Positions 9,316 to 19,485 of a stretch of DNA of 64,000 bases are shown one piece after another. Both the position numbers and the translations under genes were made by a program. Below the pieces are notes generated by a model. That model did no database searches. It was given only the letters and a program-made list of their open reading frames with translations, and was not told where the DNA came from. This DNA is from an uncultured delta proteobacterium. Lineage in GTDB: Bacteria > Desulfobacterota > Desulfuromonadia > Geobacterales > DSM-12255. Position 1 is the stretch's first letter. The number at the start of each line of letters is the position of its first letter. The stretch is taken from assembly GCA_963787125.1 (NCBI GenBank), contig CAWBBV010000004.1, forward strand, positions 32,001 through 96,000. Reading direction: 5' to 3'.

Positions 9316-10962
9316 TCAGAGACCGCTGTCGTTCTGCTCCCCTGTTGGCGGCCCAGCCGCAGGAGCGCTGAACAGGATCAGGCTGATCCGGTCGCCAACC
9401 CGCTTGAAGGTGAACTGCAGACCATGGTCAAAAGCCAACAACGCCACCGGCGGGAGCTGTCCAGGATCGCGCAGATAAAAGAGCACCCGGTTCCCTTTAG
9501 CAAGGGTATCGAGAAATGATTCGGTGACTTCGAATTCCAGCTGACCCTGTTCTGCGGTCAGATCTACCAGATCCCCCTCATCACTGTTGATGACGACCTT
9601 GCCGAGATTAATCCGCGTACCGGTAATGTCACTTTCACTCTCCGGCCGGGCGGTTTCCGGCGCCGCCGCGATGATCATGCCTGCTGCTACGGTGGCATTG
9701 GTAAAACGATCAATAACAATAAAGCTGCCGGTATGCCGGTTCTGCTGGTAGGGATCAACAGCTGCCGGACGATCCAGTTCCAGGCGGGCGACGCCGATGC
9801 CGTTCAGGCCGAGCGTCGTTGCCGCTTTCTTTTCCAGAGTATTGACATCCACCAGATGATCCAGACTGGTGATCCGCCCGGGGATCAGGGTGGTAGCGGT
9901 TTTAACAAGATAACTCTGCCCGGCCTTGAGCGGCTCGTCATGAAACCAGACCAGATGCGCCACCAGACTCCGGGTATAGAGCGGTGGCGCGTCGCTCGCG
10001 GCCAGCACTTCTCCCCGGCTGATATCAATCTCGTCCGCCAGGGTGAGGGTGATTGCCTGACCGGCAACCGCCTCATTCAGGTCGCCATTCATGGTGACGA
10101 TCCGCGCCACCCGGCTGGTCCGGCCGGAGGAGGCGACCCGCAGCTCGTCGCCGGGACGGACAGTCCCCGAGGCGACCGTCCCGCAGAAACCACGGAAGTC
10201 AAGGTTGGGACGGTTCACCCACTGAACCGGCAGCCGAAACGGTTTTCCCCTGCCGTCATCCTCGATCTGCACTGTTTCCAGATAATTAAGGAGCGTCGGG
10301 CCGGCATACCAGGGGGTGTTGGCGCTCGGCTCGATCATGTTGTCGCCCCCTAAGGCCGAAATCGGGATGGCGGCAATAGAGGCAAAGCCGAGCGGGACGG
10401 CAAACTGCTGGTAGTCGCGGCGGATCGCTTCAAACTTCTGTTCGTCGAAATCGATCAGATCCATCTTGTTGATGGCCAGGACAATATGCTTGATACCGAC
10501 CAGTGAGACCAGATAGCTGTGACGCCGCGTCTGGGTCAGAAGCCCTTTGCGGGCATCCACCAGGATAACCGCCACCTGGGCGGTGGAGGCTCCGGTCACC
10601 ATGTTGCGGGTATACTGTTCGTGGCCGGGGGTGTCGGCAACTATAAACTTGCGCACATCTGTGGAAAAGTAGCGGTAAGCCACGTCAATGGTGATCCCCT
10701 GCTCCCGTTCCGCCTGAAGCCCGTCCAGAAGGAGGGCATAGTCGATGGCTCCCCCCTGGGTGCCGACCTTTTTGCTGTCAGCTTCAAGCGCTGCCAGCTG
10801 GTCCTCGAAGACCATCTTGGAATCCCACAAAAGCCGGCCGATAAGGGTGCTCTTGCCGTCATCGACGCTGCCGCAGGTGATGAAGCGAAGCAGCGATTTT
10901 TCTTCCTGGCTTTTGAGATAGGCGAGGATATCTTTTTCTATCAAATCAGATTGGTGTGCCAT
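9316..10962 (-). CDS. cysN: Sulfate adenylyltransferase subunit 1 with non-kinase C-terminal extension
   Basis: CGSVDDGKSTLIGRLL, DTPGHEQYTRNM, NKMD; TAATG coupling to cysD. Confidence 0.95.
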   Translation of the reverse strand: MAHQSDLIEKDILAYLKSQEEKSLLRFITCGSVDDGKSTLIGRLLWDSKMVFEDQLAALEADSKKVGTQGGAIDYALLLDGLQAEREQGITIDVAYRYFSTDVRKFIVADTPGHEQYTRNMVTGASTAQVAVILVDARKGLLTQTRRHSYLVSLVGIKHIVLAINKMDLIDFDEQKFEAIRRDYQQFAVPLGFASIAAIPISALGGDNMIEPSANTPWYAGPTLLNYLETVQIEDDGRGKPFRLPVQWVNRPNLDFRGFCGTVASGTVRPGDELRVASSGRTSRVARIVTMNGDLNEAVAGQAITLTLADEIDISRGEVLAASDAPPLYTRSLVAHLVWFHDEPLKAGQSYLVKTATTLIPGRITSLDHLVDVNTLEKKAATTLGLNGIGVARLELDRPAAVDPYQQNRHTGSFIVIDRFTNATVAAGMIIAAAPETARPESESDITGTRINLGKVVINSDEGDLVDLTAEQGQLEFEVTESFLDTLAKGNRVLFYLRDPGQLPPVALLAFDHGLQFTFKRVGDRISLILFSAPAAGPPTGEQNDSGL

Positions 10963-11867
10963 TAGAAATACCCCTCCTGTTTCTTCTTTTCCATCGACCC
11001 GGCCTGATCATGGTCGATCAACCGCCCCTGCCGCTCCGAAGTGCGGGTCAGCAGCATCTCCTGGATGATTCCAGGGAGAGTGTCGGCGGTAGATTCAACG
11101 GCAGCGGTCAGGGGGTAGCAACCAAGGGTGCGGAAGCGGACCGATTTGTACTGCACCTTTTCCCCGGCCTTAAGCTCCAGACGATCATCATCCACCATGA
11201 TCAGCATGCCGTCCCGCTCCACAACGGGCCGGACAGCGGCATAATAAAGCGGTACGATCGGGATGTTCTCCAGCTGGATATACTGCCAGACATCCAGCTC
11301 GGTCCAATTGGAGATGGGGAAAACCCGAATGCTTTCCCCAGGCCTTATGCGGGTATTGAACAGATTCCAGAGCTCGGGGCGCTGGTTTTTAGGATCCCAG
11401 CGGTGATGCTCGCTGCGGAAGGAGAAGATCCGCTCCTTGGCCCGGGATTTTTCTTCATCCCGGCGGGCGCCGCCAAAAGCGGCGTCGAACTTGTAGCGAT
11501 CCAGTGCCTGCTTTAGCCCTTCAGTTTTCATGACATCGGTATAAAGCGACGAGCCGTGACTGAAAGGGGAAACCCCTCGGCTCACCCCTTCCTCGTTCAC
11601 ATGAACAATCAGGTCGAGTCCGCATTCGGCCGCCATCCGGTCGCGAAACTGGATCATCTCGCGGAATTTCCAGGTAGTGTCCACGTGCAACAGGGAGAAT
11701 GGGGGCGGAGCCGGATAAAACGCCTTGCGGGCCAGATGGAGCATCACCGCCGAGTCCTTGCCGATAGAGTAGAGCATCACCGGATTGCCGAATTCGGCCA
11801 CAACTTCGCGGATGATGTGGATGCTTTCGGCTTCCAGCTGCTGCAGGTGGGTCAGATTTACTTTCAT
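10962..11867 (-). CDS. cysD: Sulfate adenylyltransferase subunit 2
   Basis: [34 protein letters not shown]; true start MKVNL at 11867 after AAGGAG. Confidence 0.95.
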   Translation of the reverse strand: MKVNLTHLQQLEAESIHIIREVVAEFGNPVMLYSIGKDSAVMLHLARKAFYPAPPPFSLLHVDTTWKFREMIQFRDRMAAECGLDLIVHVNEEGVSRGVSPFSHGSSLYTDVMKTEGLKQALDRYKFDAAFGGARRDEEKSRAKERIFSFRSEHHRWDPKNQRPELWNLFNTRIRPGESIRVFPISNWTELDVWQYIQLENIPIVPLYYAAVRPVVERDGMLIMVDDDRLELKAGEKVQYKSVRFRTLGCYPLTAAVESTADTLPGIIQEMLLTRTSERQGRLIDHDQAGSMEKKKQEGYF

Positions 11868-11887
11868 TTGTTTCTCCTTCGTTAAAA

Positions 11888-11977
11888 CAGGTAACGGCAT
11901 AGGTAAAGGTAGAGGTAGAGAAAAGGCAAAATCAAGGGTTCGGTTTTTTTCTTTACCTTTACCTTTACCGTTACCTG
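11888..11977. repeat. Inverted hexanucleotide (GGTARA-like) tandem-repeat hairpin
   Basis: CAGGTAACGG...GGTAAAGGTAGAGGTAGA on the left; TTTACCTTTACCTTTACCGTTACCTG on the right. Confidence 0.8.
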
Positions 11978-11982
11978 ACGCC

Positions 11983-12660
11983 TTAGCGTCGATGCAATCC
12001 GCACTCTTTATGTTCCGGGTTCTCCCACCACCACCGCCCAGCCCGGCAATCCTCCCCCTCCAGCAGCGCCCTGGTGCAGGGCGCGCAGCCGATTGAACAG
12101 TAGCCCTGACTGTAGAGACGGTTTTTTGGCAAGCTGTTTTCAGCAACATAGTCGTTCAGAGTCTGCTCGCTCCAGTCGATAAGCGGATTTATCTTCACAA
12201 TGCCGCCATTCAGCTCATCCCGCTCGATTGACTTCAAATCGCTACGGGTCGGGCTCTGTTGACGACGCATGCCGGTTACCCAGCCGTTCAAATCGGCAAG
12301 GGCCCGTGAGAGCGGCTCCACCTTGCGGATAGCGCAGCATTCATGGCGGTTCTCCAGCGATTCGCGGAAGGAGTAAAGCCCTTTGTCCCGCTCCAGTTTT
12401 TCCACTGCTTCATGTCTCGGGAAATACCAGTCGATCTTCAGGCGATAGCGCTCGGTCAGGGCTTCAGCAACTTCATAAGTTTCTTCATTGAGACGGCCGG
12501 TGTCGAGGGCGAAAACAGCCAGCGGCAGACCGGCTTTGTGGGCAATATGGATGATTACCACATCTTCCAGAGAGAAGGAGCAGGCCAGGGAGACTTTACC
12601 CTTGGCAGCGGCGATGCCGGTGTTGAGTATATCGTTTGTTTGCTCGATTTTGTTCTTCAT
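11983..12660 (-). CDS. cysH: APS/PAPS reductase (4Fe-4S type)
   Basis: [32 protein letters not shown]. Confidence 0.93.
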   Translation of the reverse strand: MKNKIEQTNDILNTGIAAAKGKVSLACSFSLEDVVIIHIAHKAGLPLAVFALDTGRLNEETYEVAEALTERYRLKIDWYFPRHEAVEKLERDKGLYSFRESLENRHECCAIRKVEPLSRALADLNGWVTGMRRQQSPTRSDLKSIERDELNGGIVKINPLIDWSEQTLNDYVAENSLPKNRLYSQGYCSIGCAPCTRALLEGEDCRAGRWWWENPEHKECGLHRR

Positions 12661-12673
12661 AAGAGACCCTTTG

Positions 12674-14122
12674 TTAAATTTTCAATCCAATGAGCGGCCA
12701 GACGAACATGGCCGAAGCGAGAAACAGCACCCAGGAGATCGCCATGATCACCGTGCCGGAGACGATAATATCACGACTCTTGAGATAGCCGGAGCCATAG
12801 ACAATTGCCGTTGCCGGGGTCCCCATGGGGAGGCAGTAGGCCAGTCCTGCCGGTAGAGCGATGGCCAGAGTTATCACCCGGGGATCTATACCGGTCCCCT
12901 TGGCCAGTCCCAGACCGATCGGCATGAGAATCGCCACAACCGCCGCATGGCTGATGCACTCGGTCAGGATTATTGCCACCAGCGAGATGACAGCTATGAT
13001 GACCAGCGGCGACGGGTTGAAAGCCGTCAGCCCCTTGTTAACCAGCCAGAGAGCGGCGCCGCTCTTCTCCAGGGCACTGGCCAGAGCAATTGAACCGCCG
13101 TACATGAGGATGATCCCCCAGTTAACGTATTCTTCAATTTTTTCCCATGAAATCACCCGGAAAGCAAACAGAGCTGCTGTCGCCAGAATGGCAATGTTTG
13201 CCAGTCCCAGCTGTCGCCCGAAAAACATCCAGCTGACGATGGTCATGCCGACGATGATCGCCGTGATCAGCTCGTTGGCCGATAATTTCCCCATCTCCAG
13301 ACGCCGGCGACTGAGAAACTGTCGCCCCTTGTTGACATTCTCGATATCGACCGGAAAGAAACGGATCAGCAGTCCGAAACCGATGATGAGCAGCGGCGCA
13401 ACGATCATGATTGCTGCCAAGGTCCATTCCGCAAAAGAGAAATCGAGACCGGTTCCCTCGCGGAGCATGCCGACTGCCAGCGGTGCCCTTGCCCCGCCCA
13501 GAAAGGTGGCGATCCCTCCGATGATGCATCCCCAGGCGATAGACATGAAAAGAAGACGGGCATAGCTGCTTTTGCCGGGCTTAAGCTCCAGACTGTCAGC
13601 AATCTCGGTCACCACCGGAAAGAGCATGGCAGCAACGGCATGTTCACTCATGCAGAAAGAGAGTCCGGCTGCCAGGAAAAAGACCGTCATAGCAAGACGG
13701 CGAGGGGTGCTGCCGTAACGGGCAAGCATGGTGCGAGCAAGGCGTGCCGACAGGCCGGTGCCGGTCATGGCCGCCGCCAGGATAAAGGCGCCGAGGATAA
13801 AGAAAACCGCCTCGTTGCCAAACTGGGAAAAGACCTGCTTCTCGCTCATGATCCCGAAGAGCGGCAGTAGTGCCATGGAGAGGAGCGCCGTAACGGCCAT
13901 CGGCAGAATCCCCGTAACCCAGAGAAAAATACTGCCGGCGAAAAGAAGCAGCGAGCGGTAGCCTTGCACGCTCAATCCATCCGGGGGAGAAAACTGGAAA
14001 AGAACGCCGATGACGATGATCAGACCTGCCAGCACCTGATAGCGACTGGTGCGATCGACCAGGATCAACCATAGCGGTCGATTATCAATCTTGAGCGGTT
14101 TGTCCAGCGCTGATTTTTCCAT
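12674..14122 (-). CDS. DASS/SLC13-family anion (probably sulfate) transporter
   Basis: Many TM segments, PMGTPATAIVYG motif, position in cys operon. Confidence 0.85.
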   Translation of the reverse strand: MEKSALDKPLKIDNRPLWLILVDRTSRYQVLAGLIIVIGVLFQFSPPDGLSVQGYRSLLLFAGSIFLWVTGILPMAVTALLSMALLPLFGIMSEKQVFSQFGNEAVFFILGAFILAAAMTGTGLSARLARTMLARYGSTPRRLAMTVFFLAAGLSFCMSEHAVAAMLFPVVTEIADSLELKPGKSSYARLLFMSIAWGCIIGGIATFLGGARAPLAVGMLREGTGLDFSFAEWTLAAIMIVAPLLIIGFGLLIRFFPVDIENVNKGRQFLSRRRLEMGKLSANELITAIIVGMTIVSWMFFGRQLGLANIAILATAALFAFRVISWEKIEEYVNWGIILMYGGSIALASALEKSGAALWLVNKGLTAFNPSPLVIIAVISLVAIILTECISHAAVVAILMPIGLGLAKGTGIDPRVITLAIALPAGLAYCLPMGTPATAIVYGSGYLKSRDIIVSGTVIMAISWVLFLASAMFVWPLIGLKI

Positions 14123-14910
14123 CACAGCCCCGCCGAATCGAGGGAGTTTTCTGCCTGCTGCACCCGCAGATGCCTCCTGATGTCCGATCCCGCCAACTGC
14201 CGGCGATCGCGGAGCTTGTCAACGATCCCCCGGAAAAGCCCCGCCGGCTTCCGGGCCACAAGTGGTGTCAGGACGCTAATCAGGGGGAGATACGCCGCCA
14301 ACGGCACAGAAACACGCTCCCACCCGGCAACAAGGTGTGTCAGCAGAGCCTCAATCTCCTCCTGTGACAAGCGGCTCGATTGGGCGGAGAACTGCACCAG
14401 TGGCACAATCTCTTCTTTCAGCAGCATGTCGATGCGGTTTCTGGTTACGGCAGGCGCTTCAATCCCAAACTCCAGCGTTGAGGCCACACTCCAGCGGGGG
14501 AATACTTCCCAGGCCGTCTGCAGCGGTAGATTGCTACGGTCGCTACCGGGAAGGAACACCTGCGAAAGAATCAAATTGTCCACACCGGCGGCATAAATCC
14601 GCTCCAGAACATCGTCGTCTGCAGATAGATTTATGCTTGCCATGAGGCGAACGTTGAAATTTTTCTTGATCTGGCGAGCCATATCTACACCCTGTCGAAA
14701 TGTGCTTCTGCTGCCGAAGGTGAGATAGAATAGATCTGTGGCCTCTGTACAGAAGCTGCTGAACATCGTTTCCAGCGTTTCGTAAACCGGCAGTGTCCCG
14801 CCGACGAAGAATACACTCCGGTCGCGAAACAGCCGGTCTGCCGTCGGGATTTGCCGGTTACCGTCTATCATGGCGCTGAGCCTGCTTCTGTCAGTATGCA
14901 GATGGATCAT
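14122..14910 (-). CDS. Hypothetical protein, possibly a degenerate radical-SAM-like barrel
   Basis: First gene of cys operon; 'LERIYAAGVD' segment; no CxxxCxxC. Confidence 0.6.
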   Translation of the reverse strand: MIHLHTDRSRLSAMIDGNRQIPTADRLFRDRSVFFVGGTLPVYETLETMFSSFCTEATDLFYLTFGSRSTFRQGVDMARQIKKNFNVRLMASINLSADDDVLERIYAAGVDNLILSQVFLPGSDRSNLPLQTAWEVFPRWSVASTLEFGIEAPAVTRNRIDMLLKEEIVPLVQFSAQSSRLSQEEIEALLTHLVAGWERVSVPLAAYLPLISVLTPLVARKPAGLFRGIVDKLRDRRQLAGSDIRRHLRVQQAENSLDSAGL

Positions 14911-15070
14911 TTTTCACCGGACACCATTAGGCTTAAATAGTCTGATGGTGCAGTAGTTTTTATTCTTAAAAAAACCTGCAGTCGTATACAAACTGCCACA
15001 ATAGCTAAAATCGTCTGCTGCTGATTCAAGTTATATACTAATAACGGCGTCCAGGTCAAGAATAAACAAT

Positions 15071-15098
15071 ATTATCCTATGGACTTTATGGATTATAT
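15071..15098. promoter_or_regulatory. Candidate palindromic operator (Rrf2/CymR-like) upstream of the cys operon promoter
   Basis: ATTATCCTATGGACTTTATGGATTATAT, imperfect palindrome next to minus-strand TTGACC (15059-15054); resembles 19015-19041. Confidence 0.35.
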
Positions 15099-15260
15099 CT
15101 TGAGACGGCTTCCCGAATCACTACATTAACTTTGACTGTTGACGGCATTTAATGGTAACTTGTCTCATAATTGGCCAGGATTACGCTGACTGACTCACAA
15201 ATAAAGACTAACGATCTATCAGGAATTGGTTGAACTACTGGGATTTCAGGGGGGGGTACG

Positions 15261-15620
15261 ATGGAAAGGTCGAAATTCATTCTGCACAAAGGAATTAAAA
15301 TCTACCAGCTTGATTGCAGTACCTGCCTGCCGGAAGATTACATGGCAATTATTGCCGAATGTGCCCGGACGGTTCAGTCGCAACCGAAGAAATCAGTCCT
15401 GACCCTGACCATTGCCGGGGGAGGACGCTTTGACAAGGATACGATTGGCCAGTTGATGATTCTCACCAGAGATAACGGGCCGTATGTCAAAAAATCGGCA
15501 GTTGTGGGGATTTCCGGCCTGCAAAAGATCGTGCTCCAGACAGTTTCAGCCTTCAGCAGCCGTGAATTCAGACTGTTTGACGATCTTGAGCAGGCCAAAG
15601 ACTATCTTGTCCTCGATTGA
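15261..15620 (+). CDS. Hypothetical protein (STAS/SpoIIAA-like)
   Basis: KKSAVVGISGLQKI...FDDLEQAKDYL; good RBS. Confidence 0.7.
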   Translation: MERSKFILHKGIKIYQLDCSTCLPEDYMAIIAECARTVQSQPKKSVLTLTIAGGGRFDKDTIGQLMILTRDNGPYVKKSAVVGISGLQKIVLQTVSAFSSREFRLFDDLEQAKDYLVLD

Positions 15621-15675
15621 TATTTATCGTTGCTGCTAAGCTGACACCTGTTTGCCAGGCCCCGTAGCACCCTGG

Positions 15676-16983
15676 TCATTCATTCGCCCCGAATTGACGC
15701 AGCTGCTCACTCAACTCCTCAAGAGTCAACTGTTCCTGCACTTTTGTTCCAAGGCCGGCGCCGCTGCGACGGTATAGATCAAATCGTGGCGCTTTAACGC
15801 CATTTTCATCGCTCACCAGCCGTGAAGAGACAATCCCCATATCTGCCAATTGCGGCTGACTGCAAGAGTTACCGCACCCCGAGAGCGCCCAGGCAACACC
15901 TTTTGCCGCCGGATTCATCTCTTCAAGCAACACTTTTGCCACATCTCTGGTCGCGGTAAGCCCCATTTTACACTCATGGCTGCCGGGACAGACCCGGAAT
16001 ATGACCGGCGCAGCTGCTGTCGAAAAGGTGTCAGTCAGGGCTTTCAGCTCGGCTGCTGCACGGTCATGCTCAGCTGCGGCGGCCAGCGGAAAGGCAATAT
16101 CCTGATCTGCGGTAGCCTGCATGACGCCGTCAGCATTCCGGGCCGCAAACGCAGCCAGTTCGCGCAACAGAGCCGCAGTCAGCTGGCCGGCAAACACCGG
16201 CAGCACCAGCCTCTGCCCCCCTTCAGACGGCAGGGTCATGTTGTCGGCAAAACCGCCCCGGTTCGGCAGCTCCTCACCGTAAGCCGGTTCAGCTGCAATC
16301 AGTCGCCGTAATTCATTCTCGCCGAACTGGGCCGCGAGAAACTTCAGCCGCTTGGGTGGCGGCGCCAAACGCCCGTAAACCGTAACAATCGCTTCGATGA
16401 TCGGGATGAGCCGCTCTTCCCGAACCGCTTGCGCCAGCAGAAATCCGGCCTGCGGCTCCCGCCCCAGGCCACCTGCAATCCAGATGTCGTAGCTGCTGCC
16501 ATCGGCATCACTCCCGGCAAATACCAGCCCTACATCCTGAATCAGGTGCCGGCCGCCAAGTGTATCAGCTTCTATGCCGATCTTGAATTTTTTCGGTAGC
16601 CCCTCAAAATGCGGATTACCGGTGAAATGCCGGTGGAGACGCCGTGCCAGCGATTCCAGCAGAGGAAATCCGGCGGCATCCTGACTTGAGCAGGTGATGC
16701 CCCGGACTGCGCCGCCACAGGCGCCGCGGGAAGTAAGGCCGAATTTGGCAAGCTCCTGCTTGACGAGCGGCAGATCAGCCCCCTTGAGCCAGTGGATTTC
16801 CATGCTGCCGCGGGAGGTCAGATGGACGCTCCCCTTGCCGAACCTGTCCGCCAGATCGGCCACACAACGTGCCTGTGGCGCTGAGACAACCCCGGCCGGC
16901 AGCTTTACCCGCTGCATGAAAAAATCTGCCTGACGCTGCTGGTATATCCCTTCAATACGAACTTTCTGCAGATCGATACTCAC
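15676..16983 (-). CDS. Nitrite/sulfite reductase (siroheme, 4Fe-4S)
   Basis: MQRVKLPAG, LPKKFKIG, CPGSHECKMG...SGCGNSC. Confidence 0.85.
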   Translation of the reverse strand: MSIDLQKVRIEGIYQQRQADFFMQRVKLPAGVVSAPQARCVADLADRFGKGSVHLTSRGSMEIHWLKGADLPLVKQELAKFGLTSRGACGGAVRGITCSSQDAAGFPLLESLARRLHRHFTGNPHFEGLPKKFKIGIEADTLGGRHLIQDVGLVFAGSDADGSSYDIWIAGGLGREPQAGFLLAQAVREERLIPIIEAIVTVYGRLAPPPKRLKFLAAQFGENELRRLIAAEPAYGEELPNRGGFADNMTLPSEGGQRLVLPVFAGQLTAALLRELAAFAARNADGVMQATADQDIAFPLAAAAEHDRAAAELKALTDTFSTAAAPVIFRVCPGSHECKMGLTATRDVAKVLLEEMNPAAKGVAWALSGCGNSCSQPQLADMGIVSSRLVSDENGVKAPRFDLYRRSGAGLGTKVQEQLTLEELSEQLRQFGANE

Positions 16984-17000
16984 ATCAATCCCCTTTGTCT

Positions 17001-17813
17001 TTATAGTATTTCATTCATGCTGCCGCTGCGGAACCCCTGCAAATCAAGGGCAACATAGGTAAAGCCGGCGGCCTTGAAATACGCCACGATCTGCTCTCGC
17101 AAAGGCGCTGCCACCAGCCGCCCGATATCGGAACTGCTCACCTCGATCCGGGCGGTGTCGTCATGGTAACGAACCCGGAAGACGGCAAACCCCTTGTCAC
17201 GCAGAAAAGTTTCGCACGCTTCAACCTGCCTTAATCTCTGCACCGAAATAGTTGTGCCGTAAGGGAAGCGACTGGCAAGGCAGGCAAGTGGCTGCCTGTT
17301 CCAGGTTGGGAGGCCAAATGCGCGACTGGCAGCCCGGATTTCATCCTTGGTCAGACCGGCCTCCAGCAACGGACTTTTGATATTCATCTCTTCCAGCGCC
17401 TTGCGCCCTGGTCGGTAGTCTTGCAGGTCATCAACATTGCTGCCGTCTGCAATCACGGCAAGCTCAAGCTCTCCGGCTATCTTGATTGCCCCTCCGTAAA
17501 TAACCTGCTTGCAGAGATAACAGCGATTGACCGGGTTGGCGGCAAATTCGGGATTGTCCAGTTCATCCGCTTCCAGAACAACATGCCTGACACCAAGCTG
17601 CCTGGCCAACTCCCGCGCCTCGGTCAACTCCCAGGACTGGTGGAGCGGCGACGCCTCCGTAAAGGCGACAGCCTGGTTTCCCAGTGTGTCAACAGCGACT
17701 TTCAACAGTAATGATGAATCGACACCTCCTGAAAAGGCGACCAGCACAGAACCGTAGCCCCTCAGGATAGTGGTTAACTTTTCGAGTTTTTCATCGAGAT
17801 CAGTTCTGCTCAT
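17001..17813 (-). CDS. larE: ATP-dependent sacrificial sulfur transferase LarE
   Basis: AFSGGVDS PP-loop, RCYLCK, DYRPG, ACLASRFPYG, GFRSGSMNE. Confidence 0.92.
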   Translation of the reverse strand: MSRTDLDEKLEKLTTILRGYGSVLVAFSGGVDSSLLLKVAVDTLGNQAVAFTEASPLHQSWELTEARELARQLGVRHVVLEADELDNPEFAANPVNRCYLCKQVIYGGAIKIAGELELAVIADGSNVDDLQDYRPGRKALEEMNIKSPLLEAGLTKDEIRAASRAFGLPTWNRQPLACLASRFPYGTTISVQRLRQVEACETFLRDKGFAVFRVRYHDDTARIEVSSSDIGRLVAAPLREQIVAYFKAAGFTYVALDLQGFRSGSMNEIL

Positions 17814-18004
17814 CAACTGCGCCCCTGTTTAAAGAAATAACCCCTTTATAAATTGGGGTGGCATGAAAATGATTACTCAGGCAAAAAAATGATCTCAAAT
17901 TTGAGCAGGTGAAGGGACAATCCAACCGCCCCCCCCAAGGACCGATAAGTGTAAAAAGGAAGGTGGGATTGATCACTCCATTTACCACATGTCGGTTCGG
18001 CCAT

Positions 18005-18958
18005 TTAGATCCCTTCAAACAGGGCGGTAGAAAGATACCGTTCAGCACCGTCCGGAAGGATAACAACTATGGTTTTGCCGGCAAACTCATCAAGATGGGC
18101 CAACCGCACTGCCGCAGCTACTGCTGCACCGCAGGAGATGCCGACCAGGAGGCCCTCTTCCTGGGCAAGCCTTTTGGCAAACTCAATCGCTTCATCACTT
18201 GAGACCTGCTCCACTCTATCAATAATGGCAAGATCGAGAGTTTCGGGGATAAAGCCAGCTCCTATCCCCTGAATTTTGTGCGGGCCCGGCTTGAGCGGCT
18301 CCCCGGCAAGTTGCTGGGTTATGACGGGACTCTCCTTCGGTTCAACTGCAACTGAAAGGATCTGCTTCCCCTTGGTGTTCTTTATGTAGCGGGATATACC
18401 GGTTATGGTACCTCCAGTGCCGACACCGGACACCAGGACGTCAATAGCACCGTCCGTATCGTTCCAGATCTCCGGTCCGGTGGTCTTCTCATGAATGGCA
18501 GGATTTGCCGGGTTTTTGAACTGCTGCGGGAGGAACCAGCGCACCGGATCGGAGGCGGCAATCTCTTCGGCCTTGGTTATGGCCCCTTTCATCCCTTCTG
18601 CTCCGGGGGTCAGGATGAGGTTGGCTCCAAGCGCAGCAAGAACCCGTCTACGCTCGATGCTCATGGTTTCCGGCATCGTCAGGGTGAGTTTGTAACCACG
18701 GGCGGCAGCAACATATGCCAGGGCAATGCCGGTATTGCCGCTGGTCGGCTCGATTATCTCCACTCCGGGCTTAAGGATGCCGCGTTCCTCAGCATCCCAG
18801 ATCATGTTGGCGCCGATGCGGCATTTGACAGAGTAGGCCGGGTTGCGGGCTTCAACCTTGGCCAGAATGGTTGCTTTTGCCCCTGCGGCAATCCGGTTAA
18901 GGCGCACCAGCGGAGTGTTGCCGATTGATTGTGAGTTGTCTGCGTAAATTCTGCTCAT
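18005..18958 (-). CDS. cysK: Cysteine synthase A
   Basis: [36 protein letters not shown]. Confidence 0.96.
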   Translation of the reverse strand: MSRIYADNSQSIGNTPLVRLNRIAAGAKATILAKVEARNPAYSVKCRIGANMIWDAEERGILKPGVEIIEPTSGNTGIALAYVAAARGYKLTLTMPETMSIERRRVLAALGANLILTPGAEGMKGAITKAEEIAASDPVRWFLPQQFKNPANPAIHEKTTGPEIWNDTDGAIDVLVSGVGTGGTITGISRYIKNTKGKQILSVAVEPKESPVITQQLAGEPLKPGPHKIQGIGAGFIPETLDLAIIDRVEQVSSDEAIEFAKRLAQEEGLLVGISCGAAVAAAVRLAHLDEFAGKTIVVILPDGAERYLSTALFEGI

Positions 18959-19014
18959 GGTCTTCTCCTTTTAGTCAGTTGGGAAATATTATAGCTGACA
19001 AAACGTGAAATTCA

Positions 19015-19074
19015 AATACCCTACAAAACCTATAGTGTAATTTGATAATAACCAATTCAGAGACTTGCTGTCAA
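19015..19074 (-). promoter_or_regulatory. cysK sigma70-like promoter with downstream palindromic operator candidate
   Basis: TTGACA (19074-19069), 18 bp, TATTAT (19050-19045); imperfect palindrome at 19015-19041. Confidence 0.45.
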
Positions 19075-19118
19075 GATAAATTTTGAGCAGTTGGCGGTTC
19101 CTTCGCCTGAATTACCAC

Positions 19119-19147
19119 TTGATTTCTAAATTGCAGCCAGTTAGAAT
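19119..19147 (+). promoter_or_regulatory. sigma70 promoter of the 6S RNA
   Basis: TTGATT-17 bp-TAGAAT. Confidence 0.65.
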
Positions 19148-19159
19148 CAGCTTAACAAA

Positions 19160-19344
19160 GACTTGCTCTCTGTCATGATCGTGTGACAACAAAAACCCTG
19201 GCGGAATATTTCATTACCGGGGGTCTTTTTCAGCCGTGGTGAGCTGCCCCATTATGCGGGAACTGCCTGAAGCGGCTTCTAGACGCCCACCTGATAGGAA
19301 CTCGCCCAGAGGTCCTTCGCGTCCACGGCATGATGGAGAGTTTT
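19160..19344 (+). ncRNA. ssrS: 6S RNA
   Basis: ~185-nt rod: 5' CTCTCTGTCATG pairs with 3' CATGATGGAGAG; central A-rich bubble closed by ACCCTGG/CCAGAGGT; GCCTGAAG, CCCACCT and CACGGCA motifs; own promoter and terminator. Confidence 0.78.
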
Positions 19345-19350
19345 ACAGAG

Positions 19351-19378
19351 AAGGGCTGACAATGTCAGCCCTTTTTTT
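19351..19378 (+). terminator. Rho-independent terminator
   Basis: AAGGGCTGAC-AAT-GTCAGCCCTT followed by T run. Confidence 0.85.
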
Positions 19379-19415
19379 ATTGGTTTAAAAAATCACGCCA
19401 AACCCCTCTCCAGCA

Positions 19416-19443
19416 TTGATTATTTTCAATTTTTTGCTATAGT
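19416..19443 (+). promoter_or_regulatory. Putative sigma70 promoter of the arg operon
   Basis: TTGATT-16 bp-TATAGT with extended -10 TG. Confidence 0.5.
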
Positions 19444-19485
19444 TATTAACTTTTCAACCATATTTCGACTAACGGGACAGCTTAT

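Noticed and set aside
11868..12149. 94-aa N-terminal extension of CysD in the ORF track
   Set aside because: It runs through the hexamer repeat and overlaps cysH; the RBS and conserved start are at 11867.
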